The position numbers were made by a program, and so were the translations under genes. A stretch of 64,000 bases of DNA from an uncultured Chloroflexia bacterium (GTDB lineage Bacteria > Chloroflexota > Anaerolineae > B4-G1 > SLSP01), in contig CAVVUS010000048.1 in the NCBI GenBank assembly GCA_963751345.1, positions 35,477 through 99,476 on the forward strand, read 5' to 3'. Positions 55,688 to 64,000 of this stretch are shown here, in pieces (positions within the stretch are counted from its first letter, which is position 1; each line of letters starts with the position of its first letter). The notes beneath the pieces are model-generated. The model had not been told where the DNA came from. It did no database searches and saw nothing but the letters and a program-made list of their open reading frames with translations.

Positions 55688-57382
55688 CTAACCTCGCAAG
55701 TTCGCCCGAGGCGGCTCGGGCTTGACCTTGCGAAGCCTCGCCGAGGTGGTACCGTACCGCACCCCGGCCTCCTCCAGCCTCTCCACACCCGCTTGCGTCA
55801 CATTCCGGCACATCGTCAGATCCACCTGCCGCACCGAACTGATTCGCTGCAGCAGTTCGAGCCCCTGGTCGGTCACGGACGTGCGCCCCAGAAAAAGCCT
55901 CCGCAGGTGGGGCAGCGTGCCGAGGTGAACCAGCCCGGCGTCATGGACCCGGACGCCTTCAAGATCCAGCACTTCCAGCGTCGTCAGGCTCCCGAGTACC
56001 CTCAACCCGGCATCGGACACCCCGGTGTCGGCAAGGTCAAGGTACGCGAGCCCCGGCAGCGACCGCAAGTGGACCAACCCGGCATCGGTGACGTGCGTCC
56101 CCGTCAGCGTCAGATCGTGCAGCCCGCGCATCGTGGCCAACCGCGCAAGGCCTGGGTCTCCTACCTGAGTCCAGCTCAGGTCGAGCGTCGACAGCGTCGG
56201 AAGGTCCACCAGGTAGAGCAAGCCGGTGTCGGTGACGTTGAGCCCGGCAAGTCCCAGTTCGGCCAGCCCGCGCAGCGGGCGTAGATGGATCAACGCTTGA
56301 TCGGTCACCAGACCACAGCCGGACACATTCAGCGACGTCAGCTGCGCGAATCCGCGCAGTGCAGCCAGCGTCTCGGCGTGCAGGCGCACGCACCCGGACA
56401 GGTTCAGCGACCAGAGCTGGGGCAGCCCGGCCAGCGCTACCAGGCCGCTTCCCGTTACCTGGGTATCGGCCAGGTTCAACTGGCGAAGCAAGCGCAGCCC
56501 GCTCAAGACCGCCAGCCCCGCGTCCTCGACCGCAGTCCCCGAAAGCCCGAGCGAGCCGAGGTGCGACAGGCCCGCGACGACCTCGAGGCCCCGGTCCGTC
56601 ACACGGTCGCACCGCCCGAGCTCCAGCCGCTCCAACTGCGTCAGCTCAGCCAGGCACACGACCCCAGCATCGCTGACGCTGCTGCATCCCCACAGATCGA
56701 GCTCGAGAAGCTGCGGATGCTCCTTCGCCAGAGCGCAAAGACCCGCGTCTGACACTGTGGTCCGCGAGAGATTCAGCCGCAGCAGCCCATCAACCTGCGC
56801 TAGCGAGCTGAGCGCGTCGTCCGTGACCGCGCCGTAGCTGAGATCCAACTGCTGAACCGGTCCGAACGCAGCAATGTCCGCGGCAAGCGCAGAGAGCACG
56901 TCGGGCGCCGATGCGTCGGGCCGCGCGCTGAGGCCGACCTCGACGTCGCCTGCGACGAGCACCCGGCCGGGGGTCGTCCCAATCTCCTGCCACGCGTCCG
57001 CCGCACCAAGCCAGTCGCGGGCCATCACGGTCGCAGGCACCTGGGACACAAAGACCCGGTCCTCCTGGGCGGGAGACGCGCCGTCGAGCGCCGATACGCA
57101 CGCCTCGACGGCCCATCGGGCCGCATCCTCCGGCAGGTAATAGGCGTCACGCAGTCGCTGTGATAGCCGTGCAAGCACCAGCGCCTGCGGAAGATGAAGT
57201 GAGGAGGACTCATAGTCGCGCACCACGTCCTCGCGCAACGCCATCTCCAGCAGGTTGATCTCCCCCTTGTACTCGCCGCAGAAATCGAGGAGCAGCGCCC
57301 GACAGCGGCGCGGGTCATACAGCACCTCGCGCCCGTAACGTGAGACAATTTCCTGGAGTTTCCGGCGTGGAACGTCGTTCAT
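55688..57382 (-). CDS. Leucine-rich repeat protein (15 LRRs, cysteine-containing/AMN1-like) with an N-terminal helical domain of about 100 aa
   Basis: Repeats LxxLxLxx(C/T)x(x)VTDxGLxxLxxLxx; N-terminus MNDVPRRKLQEIVSRYG...DPRRCRALLLD...EINLL...ARWAVE; no signal peptide. Confidence 0.88.
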   Translation of the reverse strand: MNDVPRRKLQEIVSRYGREVLYDPRRCRALLLDFCGEYKGEINLLEMALREDVVRDYESSSLHLPQALVLARLSQRLRDAYYLPEDAARWAVEACVSALDGASPAQEDRVFVSQVPATVMARDWLGAADAWQEIGTTPGRVLVAGDVEVGLSARPDASAPDVLSALAADIAAFGPVQQLDLSYGAVTDDALSSLAQVDGLLRLNLSRTTVSDAGLCALAKEHPQLLELDLWGCSSVSDAGVVCLAELTQLERLELGRCDRVTDRGLEVVAGLSHLGSLGLSGTAVEDAGLAVLSGLRLLRQLNLADTQVTGSGLVALAGLPQLWSLNLSGCVRLHAETLAALRGFAQLTSLNVSGCGLVTDQALIHLRPLRGLAELGLAGLNVTDTGLLYLVDLPTLSTLDLSWTQVGDPGLARLATMRGLHDLTLTGTHVTDAGLVHLRSLPGLAYLDLADTGVSDAGLRVLGSLTTLEVLDLEGVRVHDAGLVHLGTLPHLRRLFLGRTSVTDQGLELLQRISSVRQVDLTMCRNVTQAGVERLEEAGVRYGTTSARLRKVKPEPPRANLRG

Positions 57383-57606
57383 TGAGCCGTGAAGAGTAAC
57401 AGATGACCACAGACCGGCGGCACGTGCCCCCGCCGGCACGCCCACCTACCTCCATTCGCGAAGATCAGTATGCCTCTAAGTACCCTATTCGATTCCACAT
57501 TCACGAGGATTCGCGGTCCATAGCCCCGCAAGGCCACCCACCGCGCCTTCTCTCGCCACCCATCCGCGCAGCTCCGTGGCTCGTGGCGCTCCTCGTGATA
57601 CTCGGT

Positions 57607-58783
57607 TCAGCCGGCGGGGTCCGCGTCCGCCTCGTGACCCACCTCACCGCCGTCCGTGTCCCCGGCTCGCTCCTCAACCATGTCCACCACCCGCCCATGC
57701 TTGGCAGGCTCCGAAGGACCCTTCTGCTTGATGGTTGCCATAATGGCCGACCGCTCGGCAGGCGTCAACTGCTGAGCCGAGCGCGCATGGACGGGCTCAG
57801 CCTCGTCGGCACGCGCCGAAGCGGAGGGGGCGCTTATCACCCGCCTCGGGATCAGGCGTCGCCACCGTGCGAACCTCAGTTCCCTGGGACGTCCTCGTCA
57901 CCTCGATGGGACGCTCGGCGGCGACATCCGCTCGGTACAGGATGCCCAGCGTGATATCGTCGCCGCTTCCCGACTCGGATGCTTCCTGCAGCCACGCGGT
58001 CAAGTTCTTCTCCACCGCATCGGCGCCCTCGTCGCTGAGAATCGACAACAGATCCGTGCCAACCTTGAGAAAGGCAGCCTCGTTGACGAAGGAATTGGCG
58101 TAGCCATCGGTCGACAACAGCACCAACGCGGGCACGCCACCGTAGCTCGCCTGGAAGCGGAGGCGAATCTCACGCCAGGCGCGCGTCATACAGAGCGACG
58201 TCGTCTCATTGGCGATCAGGCGCGCATCCCGTGGCAGCGGGCGGACAACCTCGCCGCCATCTTGGACGGCGAGGATATCTCCGTCGCCCAGTTGGAGGAA
58301 CAACATAAAGTCGGACGCGATGAGCGTCGCCAGCAGGGTGGCCCCATAGGCCAGGCGCGGGTTCTCCAGAACCTCCTGGCGCCCTTTCGGCCCCCGCTTG
58401 GCCTCCACGCGCGCCAGCTCGCCTTCCTCGAAGGGATGCTCCGCCAGGTGCGCATCGACCGACGCCTGCCAGCCTCGCACCAACTCCTGCGGGAGGCGCT
58501 CCTCGGCCGTGCGCTTCACAGCCGAGAGATTGGGCGGGGTCGGAATCGCCTCCACCAGCTCGCGCAGCAGCGCGACCGTGCCCTCCACCGCAAACCGAGA
58601 GCCGATCTCGCTCCTGAAGCTCTTGTCGCTGCCGTGCCCGTCGGACACCACCAGCACAATCGGCGGTCCTTGTGGCGCGGGCGGCCACCATAGAATCGCG
58701 TCTTGGTTCGGCAGCGAGGCGCGGACGTGAGAAGCACCGCGCACCGACTGCCCCAGTACCCGCCACACCGGTACCTGTGTCAT
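57607..58783 (-). CDS. PP2C-family Ser/Thr phosphatase (TerY-P/YegK-like); low-complexity tail probably continues by frameshift to 57607
   Basis: SVRGASH...PNQDA, VSDGHGS...SEIGS, GATLL, QLGDGD, NETTSLC, STDG, GSGDDITL. Confidence 0.9.
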
Positions 58784-58802
58784 AGCACAGTCGCCGGACC
58801 GC

Positions 58803-59519
58803 CTACCAGACGTCTTCGGCGGTAGCAGGGCCGCCGGCGCTCCCGGCAGCCGCGGTAGGCACTGCAGGCACCGGCACATTCGACGTCGGCGTGGCCGAGG
58901 CCGACTGGCTCGCCGGCGACGAGGCCGACTTCAGCACGGCCGTCGACACCCATTTGATGTAGTTGACCAGCGACTCGGGGTTGTTGGCCTGGAGCGGCTT
59001 GATCTCAACGTGTCCGATGAACTTCTGCAGGACGTCATAGTCGGCGTCCGCCCCGATGGCAATCGCGATTCTGACCGCCTTCTTGCCCCAGGGCTGGTCC
59101 ATCAGCTCCGTCAATCCCTTCTCGAAACTGTCGGTCGGCTGACCGTCCGAAATCAGCACGAGCACGGGTGGCAGCGCCCGGTCCGTCATCGGCGGGATCT
59201 TGAGCTGCTCGGCCACCATCGAAAGGGCCTTGCCCATGTCCGTCACCCCATCGGCCTGCAGATCCACCCACTTGAAATCCTCGACGGGCGTTGGCTGTGA
59301 GATGTGCCACTGCGCACCACTCGCGAACTTGATCGCGCGCACCAGCACCTGCGCATTGGGATTCTCCGATGCCACCTTCTGCATCTGGGGGATCGCCTCA
59401 CGAATCGCCACGTTGAGTGCCTGGATCTTGCCGTCGGTCTTCATCGAGCCCGAGCAGTCGGCAATCCAGATGAAATGGAGCGGGCGCGTGGCCAGCTCAC
59501 CACCAGGTCGTTTGCTCAT
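58803..59519 (-). CDS. TerY-like vWA domain protein (YegL-like)
   Basis: RPLHFIWIADCSGSM MIDAS, GVTDMGKAL, LISDGQPTD, RIAIAIG; RBS GGAGGT. Confidence 0.9.
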   Translation of the reverse strand: MSKRPGGELATRPLHFIWIADCSGSMKTDGKIQALNVAIREAIPQMQKVASENPNAQVLVRAIKFASGAQWHISQPTPVEDFKWVDLQADGVTDMGKALSMVAEQLKIPPMTDRALPPVLVLISDGQPTDSFEKGLTELMDQPWGKKAVRIAIAIGADADYDVLQKFIGHVEIKPLQANNPESLVNYIKWVSTAVLKSASSPASQSASATPTSNVPVPAVPTAAAGSAGGPATAEDVW

Positions 59520-59598
59520 TCGCCTACCTCCCTATCTTGCGTTGCGTCCGGCGACAACACCGCCGTGCCCTCGATACCTGTCTCGCTTGGTGCCCCAT

Positions 59599-59627
59599 AG
59601 TATAGATGCGCCCAGCCCGCAAGTCAA
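59599..59627 (-). promoter_or_regulatory. Sigma70 promoter of the vWA-PP2C-LRR-kinase operon
   Basis: TTGACT(59627-22)-17 nt-TATACT(59604-599). Confidence 0.7.
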
Positions 59628-59653
59628 AGCATTGGACTCCGCAGATAGTCGTT

Positions 59654-59782
59654 GTAGAGACGGCCCGGTGGGCCGTCTTCTGGCGTGTGATTATCCTCGG
59701 ACGCCGATGTGATCTTCGTCGTGGACGCTTGCACATTGGTGGTGAACCCGCGTCCGGAGACGTGCCGCCGGCACGTCTCTAC
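59654..59782. repeat. REPIN-like pair of inverted GTAG-type REP palindromes
   Basis: GTAGAGACGGCCCGGTGGGCCGTCTTC (59654-59680) and GGAGACGTGCCGCCGGCACGTCTCTAC (59756-59782); same family as 33785-33880. Confidence 0.75.
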
Positions 59783-59826
59783 GAAGAGCCGTATCAGTGC
59801 GGAAAAGTGATGCACACCCGGCTCCC

Positions 59827-59928
59827 AGTGCCGGGGACTTTCTGCAGTCCCCGGCACTTGAAAACAAGTCTACTGCGGCCGTGGGAGTCTTCGCTCCAGG
59901 TGCAGGGGATTCCGCAGTCCCCTGCACC
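59827..59928. repeat. Two related long hairpins
   Basis: AGTGCCGGGGACT-ttctgc-AGTCCCCGGCACT and GGTGCAGGGGA-ttccgcag-TCCCCTGCACC. Confidence 0.65.
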
Positions 59929-59979
59929 AACAAGCTTTCCTCCTGACATTACGCACGCCCCCTCGCCAGGTTGCACCCC

Positions 59980-61999
<2,020 letters not shown>

Positions 62000-62001
62000 T
62001 G

Positions 62002-62054
62002 AGCATATAACAATCAGCGGCGTCTCGAGGAGACGCCGCTGATTGTTATATGCT
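62002..62054. terminator. Bidirectional terminator with a 25-bp perfect stem
   Basis: AGCATATAACAATCAGCGGCGTCTC-gag-GAGACGCCGCTGATTGTTATATGCT between convergent eno and osmC-like genes. Confidence 0.8.
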
Positions 62055-62059
62055 ACCCA

Positions 62060-62461
62060 CTACCCGATCTTCGTCTCCACCTTGATCGTCGGTGGCTGCT
62101 CCAGGTGTCGCTTGACGGCGCACAGCTCCGCCGACTTGATCAACGCAGGGGCGTACTTCTTGGGAAAATCCGCCGGGAGCTGGATCTCCAGCGTGATGTC
62201 GCTGACCATGTGCGTGCGGGAATCCGACTCAACGCGTTCGAGGATCCTGATATCTTCAGTAGGAAGCCCTCGTTGCTGGCAGAAGCTCAGCACGTAGATG
62301 CCGGCGCACGTGCCCATTGAGGCCAGGAAGAGATCGAAGGGCGTCGGGGCTGAACCCTCCCCCCCACCGAAGACGGGCTGATCCGTCCGGATCACCTGTC
62401 CATCGCACGCCGCGTCGACGCACGCGCCACCCGGGAATGTAATCGTAAGTTCTCTCGCCAT
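62060..62461 (-). CDS. OsmC family protein
   Basis: TDQPVFGGGEGSAPTPFDLFLASMGTC...LCAVKRHL; RBS AAGGAG. Confidence 0.88.
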   Translation of the reverse strand: MARELTITFPGGACVDAACDGQVIRTDQPVFGGGEGSAPTPFDLFLASMGTCAGIYVLSFCQQRGLPTEDIRILERVESDSRTHMVSDITLEIQLPADFPKKYAPALIKSAELCAVKRHLEQPPTIKVETKIG

Positions 62462-62532
62462 GTGTTCTAGCTCCTTGTCTTTCACACGATATTGACCAAA
62501 GCCATTTTACCACACATTGGCGAGTTTGCAGA

Positions 62533-62618
62533 GACGCGTTTGAACGTTGGCACGTTTGGACGTTCAGACGTGTCAACGTGCTAACGTTCTCACGTGTCAA
62601 CGTGTCAACGTTCCAACA
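62533..62618. repeat. Degenerate 8-bp tandem repeat with ACGT core (about 10 units)
   Basis: ...tgaACGTt ggcACGTt tggACGTt cagACGTg tcaACGTg ctaACGTt ctcACGTg tcaACGTg tcaACGTt... Confidence 0.8.
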
Positions 62619-63763
62619 CTCCCCTCCCACAGCCTCAACTGTCGAGGTGCCTGACGCCCGTCCAGCAGGATGAAGGGCGCGACACGCTTCGTTGAGACGC
62701 CCAGTTGGCGCAGATGACTCAGCTCGCTCAGCGTTCCCCCACGCCGTGCGCGCAGGATCCGGTCGGCCATCGTCGGACCAATCCCCGGGATCCGCAGCAG
62801 CGATGCACGATCCGCCGTGTTCACCTCGATGGGACGCTCACCCAGATTGCTGCGCGCCCAGGCCAGCTTGGGATCGATGTCGAGCGGCAGGTTGCCGCCC
62901 TGCTCGAAGGGCAGCTCCTCCACGTCGAAACCATAGTCACGCAGTAGGAACGAGGCCTGATAGAGCCGGTGCTCGCGTCGCAGAGCGATCGGCGGGTGGT
63001 CGCTGAGCGGGGTATCGGGAACCGGGCCGAAGCCGCTGAAGTAGGTGCGGGCCAGGCCAAGATCGTGATAGAGCCGCGCGGAGGTCAGGAGCAGCTCCAG
63101 ATCGGACTCCCCCACCGCCCCCACCACGAACTGGGTGGTCAGGCTTGGCCTGCGCCCCACCCCGGCCTGGCGAAGCTCGTGCGCCCATCGCAGGTGTTCC
63201 AGCAGATCCGCCGAGAAGACCTTCTTGGGCGCCAATTCCGACAGCCGGTTGGCATTGGGCGCCTCCAGGTTGATCGATACGCGATCCGCCCAGCGCATCG
63301 TCGCCTCCACCTGGGCATACTCCGCGCCGGGCATGATCTTCACATGCAGATAGCCCGGGAACCGGTAGGTCCGGCGCAGCAGCTCTGCGGTGGCGATGAT
63401 CTTGTCCTGCGTCCTGGGCCCCCCGCCCACCAGACCGGAGCTCAGGAAAACCCCTTTCACCAGCCCCTGCTGCCAGAGCTGGAAGCTCAGCCTGGCCAGT
63501 TCGTCCGGCGTGAACGTCGCCCGGCGCACGTCCCGCCCCGATCTGAAGGCGCAATAGCGGCAATCGTTCTCGCATACGGAAGAGACGAGTGTCTTGAGAA
63601 TGGGAATACGGCGACCGCCCGGCAGCGTCGCTTGCGAGATGCACTTCGAGAGTTCTGCCGGCGTCTTGGGGCCCGCGAAGCGTTGCCCCATCAAGCCCAC
63701 GTCCTCGGCAGGCTCATACTGGGCTGCGGGCCCCAGGATCTGGAGTTTCTGAATGGGTTCCAT
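62597..63763 (-). CDS. Putative DNA modification/repair radical SAM protein with C-terminal helix-hairpin-helix (TIGR03916-like)
   Basis: CENDCRYC; GVFLSSG; GYLHVKIMPGA; ADRVSINLE; REHRLYQASFLLRDYGF; DPKLAWA; LLRIPGIG. Confidence 0.9.
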   Translation of the reverse strand: MEPIQKLQILGPAAQYEPAEDVGLMGQRFAGPKTPAELSKCISQATLPGGRRIPILKTLVSSVCENDCRYCAFRSGRDVRRATFTPDELARLSFQLWQQGLVKGVFLSSGLVGGGPRTQDKIIATAELLRRTYRFPGYLHVKIMPGAEYAQVEATMRWADRVSINLEAPNANRLSELAPKKVFSADLLEHLRWAHELRQAGVGRRPSLTTQFVVGAVGESDLELLLTSARLYHDLGLARTYFSGFGPVPDTPLSDHPPIALRREHRLYQASFLLRDYGFDVEELPFEQGGNLPLDIDPKLAWARSNLGERPIEVNTADRASLLRIPGIGPTMADRILRARRGGTLSELSHLRQLGVSTKRVAPFILLDGRQAPRQLRLWEGSVGTLTR

Positions 63764-63781
63764 ATCTTGCCTTCAACCTTG

Positions 63782-63809
63782 ATTATACGAACTAATGTTC
63801 TAGTGTCAA
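63782..63809 (-). promoter_or_regulatory. Consensus sigma70 promoter with a LexA (SOS) box in the spacer
   Basis: TTGACA(63809-04)-16 nt-TATAAT(63787-82); AGAAC-ATTA-GTTCG (GAAC-N4-GTTC at 63789-63800) between them. Confidence 0.8.
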
Positions 63810-63821
63810 GCACTGTTCTGC

Positions 63822-63856
63822 ACCTTCGCAAGGTTTCCTCACCTTGCGAAGGGTTC
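63822..63856. repeat. ACCTTCGCAAGGT / ACCTTGCGAAGG palindromic repeat family
   Basis: ACCTTCGCAAGGTttcctcACCTTGCGAAGGGT; relatives near 17212-17240, 17716-17745, 55653-55746 and 60542. Confidence 0.6.
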
Positions 63857-64000
63857 TGGAGAGGTGTGCCCACCGCGAAGACGACGCACCTTCTGTGTTC
63901 CCACCTGATCCCCCAGGACTGTGGCGTCTCGCGACGGCCCTGGTGGATTTCACTCTCTGCCGTTCACTGTACAATACATCTATCGACATAGGCCCTGAGA

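Noticed and set aside
57501-57840. Separate small gene(s) between PP2C and LRR
   Set aside because: No RBS and low-complexity sequence; more likely the frameshifted tail of the PP2C protein.
58803-59519. Tellurite resistance operon
   Set aside because: TerY-like vWA proteins are often labelled this way, but no terA-E or terZ genes are present. The context is the phosphorylation triad.
33785-59782. The two REPIN pairs as ends of a 26-kb composite mobile element
   Set aside because: No transposase or integrase, no target-site duplication seen, and the enclosed genes look like ordinary chromosomal content.

Overview
High-GC chromosomal segment with gene families and repeats typical of Chloroflexota, probably Anaerolineae (inference). 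About 20 genes are split by single-base frameshifts, including essential ones (eno, the CCA enzyme, gmd, PGM/PMM). This looks like uncorrected long-read indel error, not real pseudogenisation. Content: housekeeping genes (S1-domain protein, efp, RlmI-like and TrmH methyltransferases, CCA/poly(A) nucleotidyltransferase, eno), envelope and glycosylation genes (GT-C membrane protein, two GT2s, rmd-gmd-PMM, LysM, amidase, GH3-like protein), transporters and signalling genes. Most notable: (1) a TerY-P-type vWA / PP2C / Ser-Thr kinase operon (54.3-59.6 kb) with a 15-repeat LRR protein carrying an unnamed N-terminal helical domain inserted between the phosphatase and kinase genes, a candidate sensor-equipped defence or conflict system; (2) an unannotated 30-aa leader ORF ending in EPPG-stop, followed by a three-way-junction RNA, upstream of a heterodimeric ABC exporter (candidate ribosome-stalling attenuator); (3) an ECF sigma / DUF5667-linked orphan Tad minor-pilin cassette with a giant adhesin-like TadE; (4) a shared C-terminal VFLPLV(L/M)R motif on two unrelated secreted proteins; (5) a LexA box inside the promoter of a radical SAM-HhH gene; (6) several families of REP/REPIN-like palindromes. 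No rRNA, tRNA, CRISPR array or transposase was recognised. All family assignments come from motif recognition only; no database searches were run.
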